NCBI GenBank assembly: GCA_963699755.1
Contig: CAVOVB010000001.1
Coordinates: forward strand, 1,568,001 to 1,632,000
Direction: 5' to 3'
From: an uncultured delta proteobacterium
Lineage (GTDB): Bacteria; Myxococcota_A; Polyangia; Polyangiales; Houyiibacteriaceae
DNA length: 64,000 nucleotides
The position numbers were made by a program, and so were the translations under genes. Of the stretch, positions 39,186-50,117 are shown piece after piece (the stretch's first letter is position 1; every line of letters starts with the position of its first letter). The notes under the pieces were generated by a model. The model did no database searches, was not told the DNA's origin, and saw nothing but the letters and a program-made list of their open reading frames with translations.

Positions 39186-40094
39186 CTAGCGCCCCAGTTT
39201 GCGCTGCAGATACCCGGACGAAATCACCCCCCAGACGGCGCCGACCAGCAGCCCTCCGGTGTGCACCCAGTTTGCGATTGGCCCGACCCACCCTGTGAAA
39301 CCCAGCCCCAGCCAAATCAACATGAACGTCACCAGCTGCTGCGGCATTCGGTAGGGGAAGCTCGGGTCGAGGCGGCCTCGGATCCAGATGAAGGCGAACA
39401 GGCTGTAGACCACGCCGGACATGCCGCCGAAAGTCGTCGGCCCCGACATTGCGTATTCGAGCACGTGCGAGACTGCCGCGGTGACCAAGACGAAGATCAG
39501 CAAGTAGCGCGCAGAGAACACGCGTTCGATCGCGGTGCCGAGGTCCTTCAGCCACCACATGTTGAACAGGATGTGCATGAAGCCGAAGTGCAGGAACATC
39601 GGCGTGAACAAGCGCCAGGGTTGCCCCTCCCAAATTGCGCTCACGTTGCCCCAAACCGCGCCGCCTCGCGTCAGAACCGGAGGGACGAAGGTGAAATAAC
39701 CGACGACACCCATGTTCTCGCCCATGTCGGTCAGAAGGAAGACGACGACGCAGATCGCGATCAGGCCGGTCGTCACCGTCCCAATGCGCATGTTCTGTTT
39801 CGCCTCGATCTGTGCGCGGATCTTTTCGGTCCGCGCCCGGAGTTGGTCGTCGGCTTTGGCTTCTTTCTTGCGTCGCGCGCGGGCCCGCTTCGCCATTTCG
39901 GCGACTCGAGTCGAGCTCGGATCAAAACCATTCAAGAAAGTGCGCGCCTGCTCCATCTGCGTTTCGTCGTGGACCCAAATCGCAATTGAGCCGTCCCGCG
40001 TCTCCTTGAGCGTCGTGAGCACGCCATCTGCATAGAGCGCATCGCCGAGGGTTTTGGCCTCGTCCTGGTCCGCTACGGTCGTCAGCATGCGCAT
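39186..40094 (-). CDS. Rhomboid intramembrane serine protease (GlpG-like)
   Basis: QPWRLFTP.FLHF..MHILFN, GGMSGVVY, IANWVHTGGL. Confidence 0.9.
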   Translation of the reverse strand: MRMLTTVADQDEAKTLGDALYADGVLTTLKETRDGSIAIWVHDETQMEQARTFLNGFDPSSTRVAEMAKRARARRKKEAKADDQLRARTEKIRAQIEAKQNMRIGTVTTGLIAICVVVFLLTDMGENMGVVGYFTFVPPVLTRGGAVWGNVSAIWEGQPWRLFTPMFLHFGFMHILFNMWWLKDLGTAIERVFSARYLLIFVLVTAAVSHVLEYAMSGPTTFGGMSGVVYSLFAFIWIRGRLDPSFPYRMPQQLVTFMLIWLGLGFTGWVGPIANWVHTGGLLVGAVWGVISSGYLQRKLGR

Positions 40095-40127
40095 TGGGGC
40101 CGGAGTGTAGTCGCTTCGATCCGCGTT

Positions 40128-40673
40128 TCAATCGCTGCGAACCAGGGCATACATGAGGCAATCTCGGGGAAGCTCCGAGCGGTTGGGATGCAGGCCGTAC
40201 CGCCGAAGCCGGCCTTCGTATCGCATTCCAACCTTCTGCAGGACTCGCGATGACTGCACATTTTCTTCGTCGCAGAGCGCCTGGACGCGTGCGATTCGCT
40301 GGTCTGCGAAGGCCGCCTCACAGACTTTCGATAGCGCTTCGGGCATGTATCCTTGGCCCCAGAAACGGCTCCCGAGCGCGAAGCCGACTTCCACGCGATG
40401 GAAGTGAACGCTGCATCCGATCGTGCCGGTGAGCATGCGATCGTCTTTTCGCTCGATGAGCCAAACGCGATGCCCCATTCGCAGGTCCCAAGCATCGATC
40501 GTTTGCTGCAAGAATTCCCGAGTCTGTGCAGGGCTCGCGTGTGCGTTCCAAGTCATGTACCGCGTGACTTTCGGATCGCTCGCATAGGACTCGAACGCTG
40601 GCTCCGCATCCTCGACGCGTGGACGGCGCAGCAGTAGCCGCGCCGTTTCCAGCTCGTCGGGGGGAAAGTCCAC
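40128..40673 (-). CDS. GNAT acetyltransferase (RimJ/RimL type)
   Basis: LETARLLLR, EVGFAL...FWGQGYM.EA, EN..S.RVLQKVGM..EG. Confidence 0.88.
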   Translation of the reverse strand: MDFPPDELETARLLLRRPRVEDAEPAFESYASDPKVTRYMTWNAHASPAQTREFLQQTIDAWDLRMGHRVWLIERKDDRMLTGTIGCSVHFHRVEVGFALGSRFWGQGYMPEALSKVCEAAFADQRIARVQALCDEENVQSSRVLQKVGMRYEGRLRRYGLHPNRSELPRDCLMYALVRSD

Positions 40674-40740
40674 GGCTGGCGTATAGCATGGCACCGCTTG
40701 GCAATGGATCACTCACCGGTCACCTGGTACGTTGGGCTCG

Positions 40741-41469
40741 ATGTCCAATCGCGATGCGCCACTCGATGAAGCGGCACTGCGCCTATGTGAGGAGCTCGGG
40801 TACTCCTTTGCAGACAACAGCCTCCTGCTGGACGCGCTCACCCACACCTCGTTCAAAAATGAGCGGCCCGACCTTGCCTCGACTGACAACGAGCGCCTGG
40901 AATTTCTCGGCGATGCGGTCATCGATCTCATCGTCGCCTCCCTCTTGTTCGTGCAGTTTCCCGATGCGGACGAAGGCGAGCTGACGCGTCGAAGAGCCGA
41001 TTTGGTCAGCGAGAAGGGTCTTTCCGAAGCCGCCGACACGATCGGAATCGGCGACGCGATGCGGCTCGGCAAGGGAGAACAGAAGTCGGGCGGTCGATTC
41101 AAAACCCGCTTGCTCGCAAGCGCGCTCGAGGCCTGCATCGGAGCGATCTACCAGGATGGAGGCGGGTCCGCGGCCTTCGAAGCGGCTCGCCGGGTCTTCG
41201 AGCCCCGTCTTCACACCAGCGCTCCGGGGCATCGCGACGCCAAGTCACGCGCGCAGGAGTGGGCCCAAGCGAATCTTGGAGGCACCCCGAGCTACCGGCT
41301 GCTCGAAACCGACGGTCCCGATCACGAGCGCGAGTTCACCGTCGCACTCGAGCTCAACGACGAAGAGGTCGCGACCGGTGCGGGCCGCTCCAAAATCGAA
41401 GCCGAGCAGTCAGCAGCGCTCACGGCCCTCGACAAGTGGATCCAAGCCCTCCCCGAACCAGACCAATAA
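40741..41469 (+). CDS. rnc: Ribonuclease III
   Basis: ALTHTS, NERLEFLGDAV, dsRBD (DAKS..QE, GPDH, GRSK.EAEQ.AA). Confidence 0.95.
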   Translation: MSNRDAPLDEAALRLCEELGYSFADNSLLLDALTHTSFKNERPDLASTDNERLEFLGDAVIDLIVASLLFVQFPDADEGELTRRRADLVSEKGLSEAADTIGIGDAMRLGKGEQKSGGRFKTRLLASALEACIGAIYQDGGGSAAFEAARRVFEPRLHTSAPGHRDAKSRAQEWAQANLGGTPSYRLLETDGPDHEREFTVALELNDEEVATGAGRSKIEAEQSAALTALDKWIQALPEPDQ

Positions 41470-41504
41470 CGACACCCAGTCCCAACCCACCCGCCCAACC
41501 CACC

Positions 41505-41623
41505 GGCGGCAGCGCGAGCCCAACGGGCGAAGCCCGGCGCGAACGCGCCGCCAAGGCAAAGCGAAGCGCCTGCCGCGGCAGGGAGGAATACGGGTGGGGG
41601 TGGGCGGGCGGTGTCACTAAACC
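41505..41623 (-). repeat. Intergenic structured repeat, copy 2 (reverse orientation)
   Basis: Reverse complement matches copy 1 over ~118 nt; lies between convergent rnc and atpC. Confidence 0.9.
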
Positions 41624-41664
41624 AACCCAGGCAACCCACTCACCCCGGCCCCCCCAAACAAAAA

Positions 41665-42093
41665 CTAAACTGCGCGCGAAGCCGCGTAGGCTTCAAGCCG
41701 CGCGTGCGCCCAATCGACGTCGCGCTGGAGCTCGTTGTAGTCCGGGCCTTCGTAGAGCTCGTCGTAGGCCTTGAGTGCCTCTTCCGCCTTGGCTAGCTCT
41801 TCACGCACGGCGTCGGGATTGATTTCCTCGGGCGACGCATAGACATCGGTCAGCAGGAGCACCTTGTCCGGCCCACCCTCGACGAAGCCCGGGCCGATCG
41901 CGGCGATCTTGCGCTTACCCTCGACTTCCCAAACCAAGAGCCCGCACTTGAGCGCGGCCAAGAGCGGAAGGTGGTTTGGAAGCACGCCGAACTCGCCCTC
42001 GACGCTGGGGGCCTGAACCGAATCCACTCGCGTGGAAAGCACGGAGCCCTGCGGTGTGACTACGTCGAGCTGTAGATGTTCGGAGTTTGCCAT
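41665..42093 (-). CDS. atpC: ATP synthase F1 epsilon subunit
   Basis: LDVVTPQG, EGEFGVLPNHLP; follows atpD. Confidence 0.93.
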   Translation of the reverse strand: MANSEHLQLDVVTPQGSVLSTRVDSVQAPSVEGEFGVLPNHLPLLAALKCGLLVWEVEGKRKIAAIGPGFVEGGPDKVLLLTDVYASPEEINPDAVREELAKAEEALKAYDELYEGPDYNELQRDVDWAHARLEAYAASRAV

Positions 42094-42105
42094 CGTTTGG
42101 CCCAA

Positions 42106-43608
<1,503 letters not shown>

Positions 43609-43735
43609 CTAGCACGGCCCCTGAGGGCGGTCAAAGACGCCAGCTTCGACGAGCTAGGGTCACGCTGCGCTCGGACAAGCCCCAGCAAGTGCGCAATTGA
43701 CCCCCACGTGCCGTCTTTCTAACATCAGACGCGTG

Positions 43736-44158
43736 ATGCAGAACCAGGACGCCGTCATCCATGCCCTTCTCGGCGCCGGAACCCGTTACGAGGGGAAGCT
43801 CTTTTTTGAAGGGCGCGCCCGCATCGACGGTGAGTTCGACGGAGAGGTGTTCAGCGACGGGCTCCTGGTGGTCGGTGAAGAGGCGCGCATCAAGGGCGCG
43901 ATTCGGGTTCACACCTTGATCGTGCGCGGCGGCACGATCGAGGGCGACATCCACGCCACCGAGCTGGTTGAGCTGCACGCGCCAGCGCAGGTGCGCGGGG
44001 ACATTCGGACCCAGGCCCTTTTCATGGACAAAGGCGTTGTGTTCGACGGCGCGTGCGTCATGGGCGAGGTGATCGAGCTCGTGGATCGCCCGGTTTCGGC
44101 GCAGTCCGCCGACGACACATCGCCCGATGGCTATAGGGACCAGCCGAAGAGAAACTGA
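43736..44158 (+). CDS. Bactofilin (polymer-forming cytoskeletal protein)
   Basis: LLGAGTRYEGKL.FEG..RIDG, VRGDI, GVVFDG.C.M beta-helix pattern. Confidence 0.88.
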   Translation: MQNQDAVIHALLGAGTRYEGKLFFEGRARIDGEFDGEVFSDGLLVVGEEARIKGAIRVHTLIVRGGTIEGDIHATELVELHAPAQVRGDIRTQALFMDKGVVFDGACVMGEVIELVDRPVSAQSADDTSPDGYRDQPKRN

Positions 44159-44961
44159 ATCGTCAGCGCGTGGTCGTTACCGTCGCCACCATCGCCCATG
44201 GCCGGGACGTTCATGTTCGAACCCGAAAAACGAAGCCGGTAGTACTCCCAGACGAAGCGCACCGCGTAGCTGAAACCGACGTTCAGCCATCCCTGGAAGG
44301 TCACGGCCGCGTCCAGGCCGATTCCCGAGCTCTTGTTTCCGAACGCGTCCTCGAGCTGACCCAAATGGAATGGGAAGCGAAGGCCGAAGTCCGCACGGAA
44401 GCCCAACGAGCGTGGCAGGATCTGATAGGAAAGCGCCGGTCCGAAGCGGGCGTAGATGATTCGCGAGGATGGCAGAACCGAGTTGAGGTCGATGTGGAAG
44501 ACGTCTCCGCCGACCCCGACCAGTCCACCCAGCTGGAGGCGGTCCATCGGGTAGAGGTAACCGAACTGTCCGAGCATGCGCCAGGTGTTCGTCCGAAGCT
44601 CGATCCCGGATACCTCGGCCTTGAGCCCGATGCCCGAGCCACCGTCGACCTGCACGATGATCGCCTGGACCGCAGGCCTCGATGGGCGCCGGCCCATCGG
44701 GCGCACCAAGAGGTGCCAAGCAAAATCGAAGTAGGCGCCCGTTTCGAAGCTCCGCGTTTCGGTGTCGCCCGCGCCGTCGCCCAGCTCGAGGTGAATGTTC
44801 CTAAAACGTGCGCCGGCACCGATCTGCATCACCAAGACAGGCAGAATCGACCCCTCCTCCTGCACGCTTTGTTCGGCGTCCACGTCGGCGAGGGCCAGAC
44901 CCGGTGCGACCAGGCCTCCGAAGAGTCCAGTGAAAACGCACAGTCTGAGGCTCGGGCTCAT
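44131..44961 (-). CDS. Hypothetical outer-membrane beta-barrel protein
   Basis: Signal peptide (ALA-D), amphipathic beta strands, C-terminal FLFGWSL. Confidence 0.6.
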   Translation of the reverse strand: MSPSLRLCVFTGLFGGLVAPGLALADVDAEQSVQEEGSILPVLVMQIGAGARFRNIHLELGDGAGDTETRSFETGAYFDFAWHLLVRPMGRRPSRPAVQAIIVQVDGGSGIGLKAEVSGIELRTNTWRMLGQFGYLYPMDRLQLGGLVGVGGDVFHIDLNSVLPSSRIIYARFGPALSYQILPRSLGFRADFGLRFPFHLGQLEDAFGNKSSGIGLDAAVTFQGWLNVGFSYAVRFVWEYYRLRFSGSNMNVPAMGDGGDGNDHALTIQFLFGWSL

Positions 44962-45098
44962 TCCGCTAAAAATACCAATCCTTGAACGGAAGGCCCGCCT
45001 TTCCCGCTTCTGGCTCCATTTGAAGATTTCTACGGCTGGCGCCGTGACGTAACGTCACCACGTTCGCTGCGTAACAGGGATCGAAACGAGAAGCCGTC

Positions 45099-45692
45099 AT
45101 GAGAACGACCGTCATCCGCGCCGCCGCTGCCCTCTTCGTTGCGGCTTCCGCCAGCGTCGTTGCTGCGGCCGAGGAACACGACGAAAACGCCGGGATCTTC
45201 ACCGCCCAGATCCCCGAGGAGGGTTCCAACATTTCCTGGGGTCAGGCGGTGATCGTCCTCGATAAGCCGATCGACGAGGTGCTACCCATCGTTCGGGACT
45301 ATGCCAACTACGTGGATTTCATGCCCAATTTTACGAAGTCCAGGGTTTTGGCCCAGCGGGGAACCCGCGCGATGGTCTACATGGAGGTGAGCGTCGCAAG
45401 GGGCGCGATCACGCTTTACGGCCAGCTCAATCTCGCCGAGCGTCCGGAAAGCGGTGATGTGCGGGTGGTTGAGGCTCGCCTCCTAGAGGGCAACATCGAC
45501 GCATTCAGCGCGAGCTTCACGCTCACGCCGTTGGACGGTGGTACGCGCACCGAAATCGACTTCAAGATCTACGTCGACCCAGACATCCCGCTTCCCTCGT
45601 CGGTGTTCAGTCGAGAAAACGAGCGGGCGGCCGGCAGGACGGTTCGAGCCCTCCGAACGCGGGTCTTCGAAGGTCCGCAACGCTCTAGCTGA
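45099..45692 (+). CDS. Exported SRPBCC/START-domain protein
   Basis: Signal peptide; PIDEVL..VRDYANY.DFMP. Confidence 0.75.
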   Translation: MRTTVIRAAAALFVAASASVVAAAEEHDENAGIFTAQIPEEGSNISWGQAVIVLDKPIDEVLPIVRDYANYVDFMPNFTKSRVLAQRGTRAMVYMEVSVARGAITLYGQLNLAERPESGDVRVVEARLLEGNIDAFSASFTLTPLDGGTRTEIDFKIYVDPDIPLPSSVFSRENERAAGRTVRALRTRVFEGPQRSS

Positions 45693-45874
45693 ACGAGCCG
45701 CAAAACCGGCGCCCGGCCGACCTTGACTGGGTTCGGGCCCATGCTACGAACGCGCGCCGCTAGGGAATTGGCTTGCCGTAGCTGCGATTCGGCCCCAAGC
45801 GCCGGTTGGAGATTGTCTCCACTTGGAGTTTCTTTCCTGCCGGATCTCTGGGTCCACGACGGGATTACGCTGCG

Positions 45875-46342
45875 ATGAACGCGCTTTTCACAGCCCTCTT
45901 GTCCGAGGGTTCCATCATCGACCTCGACGGCACGATCTGGATTCAGCTCGGGCTGTTTGCGGTGGCGTTTTTGGTTTTCCGGCCGCTCATCTTTCGGCCG
46001 ATGGTTGCGCTCTTCGAAGCGCGAGAAAACGCCATCGAAGGCGCCAAGCTCGAGGCACTGCGCCTCCAAGACGAGGCCGCCGCCGAGGGCGAGGAGTTCG
46101 AGGTCGAGATGCGTCGCATTCGGCTTCAAGCCGGGGAGGAGCGCGATCGCCTTCGAGCCGAAGGCAAGCGCCTCGAGCGGACGGTGCTCGACCGAGTTCG
46201 AGAAGAGACCGACCGGCAGCTCGCCGAGGCGGATCAGAAGCTAAGCAGCGAGGCTACACGCCTTCGCGCGGACATCGATCGATCAGTACCCGTGCTGGCC
46301 AAGCAGATTGCATCGAAGATGTTGAACCGGGAGGTCCAGTGA
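45875..46342 (+). CDS. atpF: ATP synthase F0 b' subunit
   Basis: IDLDGTIWIQ..TM..LIFRP...RE..IEG, coiled coil. Confidence 0.88.
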   Translation: MNALFTALLSEGSIIDLDGTIWIQLGLFAVAFLVFRPLIFRPMVALFEARENAIEGAKLEALRLQDEAAAEGEEFEVEMRRIRLQAGEERDRLRAEGKRLERTVLDRVREETDRQLAEADQKLSSEATRLRADIDRSVPVLAKQIASKMLNREVQ

Positions 46343-46989
46343 TGCGCTTGTGGAAGCTGACGCTGCTCACCTTGCTCCTGGCATGGCCCGGCCTGGCCCT
46401 GGCCGAAGAGCCCCGGCACGAGGCTTTGGCCCACGAGGTCGCCGAAGAGCAATCCGGGCATGACGGTCACGGCGAGCTCACCTTCTCGTCGCTGATGAAG
46501 AGCCGGGATTTCCAGGGCACGCTCGTCAACTTTGCCGTTCTGATTCTCCTCATCGGCTGGGTGATCCGCAAGAAGGGCAACCCCGCTCTCGCGGCGCGCC
46601 GCGCCGAAGTCGAACAGGAGCTTGCCGAGGCCCAGCGACTTCGCGCCGAGGCTCAGCAGCGGCACATGGAAACCGCAACGCGTCTCGAAAGGCTCGACCA
46701 GGAGATGGTCCAGATTCGCGGCGACATGATCAAGGCCGGAGAAGCGGAGCGCGACCGGATCGTGGAGCAGGCCGAAGAAAAGGCTGCGCGCATGCGCAAG
46801 GACACCGCGTTCCTCATCGAGCAGCAGATCAAGCAGCTTCGCAAGGAGCTCACCCACCAGGCTGCGACGGCAGCGGTCATGGCAGCACAAGACCTGCTGC
46901 AACAACGGACGACCGATTCGGATCAAGACCAGCTCGCCGAGGCGTACCTCGCTCGTCTCGATGAGGTCATCGAGGAGCGTCAATCATGA
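46342..46989 (+). CDS. atpF: ATP synthase F0 b subunit
   Basis: Signal-like N-terminus, His-rich linker, NFAVL TM, coiled coil; precedes atpH. Confidence 0.88.
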   Translation: MRLWKLTLLTLLLAWPGLALAEEPRHEALAHEVAEEQSGHDGHGELTFSSLMKSRDFQGTLVNFAVLILLIGWVIRKKGNPALAARRAEVEQELAEAQRLRAEAQQRHMETATRLERLDQEMVQIRGDMIKAGEAERDRIVEQAEEKAARMRKDTAFLIEQQIKQLRKELTHQAATAAVMAAQDLLQQRTTDSDQDQLAEAYLARLDEVIEERQS

Positions 46990-47534
46990 GCGCGCTCGGA
47001 CGACGTTACGCAAAGGCGCTTTTGGACCTCGCCCGCGAGCAGGGCGAGATCGCCACGGTTCTGCGGGATGTTGGATCGCTTTCCGATGCCTGGAAGTCGA
47101 GCCAAGAGCTTCGCGACATCGTCCAAAACCCCGTAATCCCGAGGACCGCCCTCAAGGCGATCGTCAGTGCGGTGATGGACAAGCTCGGCAGCGCCAAGAT
47201 CGTCCGCAACACGGTGAACTTGCTTGCCGACAAGGGCCGCCTCGGTCACTTGGACGAGGTTCTTGCGGAGCTCGACGCGCTGGCGGAGGCGGAGACCGGT
47301 CGCGTTCGCGTGGAGGTCGTCAGCGCCAAGCCTTTGGCCGACGCGTATTACGCGCGCCTTGCGGAGAAACTCAAGCGAGTGACCGATCGAGAGGTCGTGC
47401 TCGTCAAGAAGGAAGACCCTTCGCTCATCGGTGGCGTGATCACACGCATCGGCGACCAATTGTTCGACGGGAGCATTCGCAACCGGCTGAGCGAGCTTAG
47501 GGAAACGTTGCTTGCGAACGGCGAGACGCCGTAA
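46986..47534 (+). CDS. atpH: ATP synthase delta subunit
   Basis: RRYAKAL, DPSLIGG, DGSIR.RL. Confidence 0.95.
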   Translation: MSALGRRYAKALLDLAREQGEIATVLRDVGSLSDAWKSSQELRDIVQNPVIPRTALKAIVSAVMDKLGSAKIVRNTVNLLADKGRLGHLDEVLAELDALAEAETGRVRVEVVSAKPLADAYYARLAEKLKRVTDREVVLVKKEDPSLIGGVITRIGDQLFDGSIRNRLSELRETLLANGETP

Positions 47535-47559
47535 CCGCATCGAATCAGGAGCCTGCCAA

Positions 47560-49212
47560 ATGCAACTTCGCGCTGAAGAGATTTCCAACATCATCAAGCA
47601 GCAGATCGCTTCCTACGAGAAGTCGGTCGATGTGGTCGAGACAGGTACTGTTTTGACGGTGGGCGACGGTATTGCCCGCATCTACGGCCTCGAAAGCGCC
47701 ATGGCTGGCGAGCTCCTCGAGTTTCCCGGTGGCGTCTACGGCATGGCCCTCAACCTCGAAGAGGACAACGTCGGTTGCGCGATTTTCGGCTCCGACGTCG
47801 GCATCAACGAGGGCGACACGGTCAAGCGAACCGGCCGTATCGTCGAGGTTCCAGTCGGTCCGGCCCTCGTGGGCCGTGTGGTGAACGCCCTCGGTCAGCC
47901 CATCGACGGCAAGGGTCCAATCGAAAGTAAGCTCAGCCGTCGCATCGAGCTCAAGGCTCCGGGCATCGTCGCCCGTCAGCCGGTGAGCGAGCCGCTTCAA
48001 ACCGGCCTCAAGGCCATCGACTCGATGATTCCGATCGGCCGAGGTCAGCGCGAGCTCATCATCGGCGACCGCCAGACAGGCAAGACAGCCGTTGCGCTCG
48101 ACACGATCATCAACCAGAAGGGAAAGGGCGTTTACTGTTTCTACGTCGCGATCGGTCAGAAGCAGTCGACCGTCGCCCAGGTCGTCGACAAGCTCACGCA
48201 GTTCGGCGCGATGGAATACACCACCGTCGTTCTGGCCGGCGCCTCCGAGCCCGCGCCGCTTCAGTTCATCGCGCCCTACACTGGCGTGACGATGGGCGAG
48301 TACTTCCGCGACAACGGCCAGCACGCGCTTTGCATCTACGACGACCTTTCGAAGCAGGCTGTCGCCTACCGCCAGCTTTCTCTCCTCCTTCGTCGTCCTC
48401 CCGGCCGCGAGGCGTATCCGGGCGACGTCTTCTACGTTCACAGCCGCCTTCTCGAGCGCGCAGCAAAGATGGCGGAGGACTGGGTCGTCGTGAAGTCGGA
48501 CCAGGAGCCGAGCCGTCTCGGAAATCAGGTCTTTAGCGGCCCCGAGTCGAAGCACGAGGCCGACGCCGCCGCCAAGGAAAAGGGCGCAGGCTACGTTGCG
48601 AAGAAGCTCGCGGACTCGGGCGGCTCACTCACCGCATTGCCGATCATCGAGACGCAGGCAGGGGACGTCTCGGCGTACATCCCGACGAACGTCATCTCGA
48701 TCACCGACGGCCAGATCTTCCTGGAGTCGGACCTGTTCAACTCCGGCGTTCGCCCCGCCATCAACGTCGGCATCTCGGTGTCGCGTGTCGGTGGTAATGC
48801 ACAGATCAAGGCGATGAAGCAGGTTGCTGGAACGCTCCGTCTCGAGCTGGCTCAGTTCCGTGAGATGGCGGCGTTTGCGCAGTTCGCGTCCGACCTCGAC
48901 GCCGCGACTCGGCAGCAGCTTTCTCGCGGTGAGCGTCTCGTCGAGGTGCTCAAGCAGGGGCAGTTCGTGCCCTGGCCGGTCGACGAGCAGGTGGTATCCA
49001 TTTTCGCGGGCACGCACGGCTATCTCGATGCGCTTCCCGTCGATTCGATCGGCCGCTATCAACAAGAGCTTATCTCGTACCTCAAGGCCGAGCGCGCATC
49101 GATCCTCTCCGACATCGTGTCGAAGGGTAAGCTCGACGACACGCTCGAGGGCCAGCTCGACGATGCGCTCAAGGCATTCGCAGAAATCTTCGAGCCCACC
49201 CAAAACGACTAA
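47560..49212 (+). CDS. atpA: ATP synthase F1 alpha subunit (with internal insertion)
   Basis: [40 protein letters not shown]. Confidence 0.98.
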   Translation: MQLRAEEISNIIKQQIASYEKSVDVVETGTVLTVGDGIARIYGLESAMAGELLEFPGGVYGMALNLEEDNVGCAIFGSDVGINEGDTVKRTGRIVEVPVGPALVGRVVNALGQPIDGKGPIESKLSRRIELKAPGIVARQPVSEPLQTGLKAIDSMIPIGRGQRELIIGDRQTGKTAVALDTIINQKGKGVYCFYVAIGQKQSTVAQVVDKLTQFGAMEYTTVVLAGASEPAPLQFIAPYTGVTMGEYFRDNGQHALCIYDDLSKQAVAYRQLSLLLRRPPGREAYPGDVFYVHSRLLERAAKMAEDWVVVKSDQEPSRLGNQVFSGPESKHEADAAAKEKGAGYVAKKLADSGGSLTALPIIETQAGDVSAYIPTNVISITDGQIFLESDLFNSGVRPAINVGISVSRVGGNAQIKAMKQVAGTLRLELAQFREMAAFAQFASDLDAATRQQLSRGERLVEVLKQGQFVPWPVDEQVVSIFAGTHGYLDALPVDSIGRYQQELISYLKAERASILSDIVSKGKLDDTLEGQLDDALKAFAEIFEPTQND

Positions 49213-49218
49213 TCGGAA

Positions 49219-50088
49219 ATGGCAAACCTCAAGGACATTCGCAAGCGCATCGGAAGCGTCAAGAACACGCAAAAGATCACCCGCGCCATGAAGCTGGTGG
49301 CCGGTGCGCGTCTGCGGAAGGCGCAAGAGAACATCGAACGCCTTCGTCCGTACGCCATCAAAACGCATGAGGTGCTAAGCGGCGTCGCTGCGCGTGTGAA
49401 TCCCGACGAAGGAATCCATCCCTTGCTGTCGCGGCGAGAGCCGAAGCGCGTCATGCTGGTGGTCCTCACAAGCGACCGCGGCTTGGCCGGTGCGTTCAAC
49501 TCGAACATCTGTAAGGCCGCGTTCAACCGCTGGAAACAGCTCGAGGCGGAGGGCAGCGAGGTGTGCTTCGGCATCATCGGCCGCAAGGGGCGCGACTACT
49601 TCACTCGTCGAAATGCCAACATCCGGCACGACTTCCTCGGGGTCTTCGAAGACCTGAGCGCCGATAAGGCAGGCGAAATCGGACGTTACATCGTCGAAGA
49701 CTACACCGGGCTCGATCTCGACGCTTGCGATTTGGTCTACAACGAGTTCAAGAGCGCGATCAATCAGCAGGTCGTCATCGAGCCTTTCTTGCCCATCGAG
49801 CCGCTCGAGCTCGCCGACGACCGGCTCGGGGACTTCATTTACGAGCCCAGCCAGGTCGCGCTGCTCAACACCCTGCTTCCGATGCACGTCGAGGTTCAAA
49901 TCTATAGGGCTCTTCTGGAGTCCGTGGCGTCGGAGTACGGCGCTCGAATGACCGCCATGGACGCGGCGACCAACAACGCGAGCGACATGATCGACCGGTT
50001 GACCCTCCAATACAACCGGGCTCGCCAGGCTGCCATCACCAAGGAATTGATGGAGATCATCGGCGGCGCTGAAGCTCTCAACGGCTAA
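49219..50088 (+). CDS. atpG: ATP synthase F1 gamma subunit
   Basis: KITRAMKLV, SDRGLAGAFN, RQAAITKELMEI. Confidence 0.97.
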   Translation: MANLKDIRKRIGSVKNTQKITRAMKLVAGARLRKAQENIERLRPYAIKTHEVLSGVAARVNPDEGIHPLLSRREPKRVMLVVLTSDRGLAGAFNSNICKAAFNRWKQLEAEGSEVCFGIIGRKGRDYFTRRNANIRHDFLGVFEDLSADKAGEIGRYIVEDYTGLDLDACDLVYNEFKSAINQQVVIEPFLPIEPLELADDRLGDFIYEPSQVALLNTLLPMHVEVQIYRALLESVASEYGARMTAMDAATNNASDMIDRLTLQYNRARQAAITKELMEIIGGAEALNG

Positions 50089-50117
50089 GCGCCAGTCCGT
50101 GATACCGTAGCGCGACG

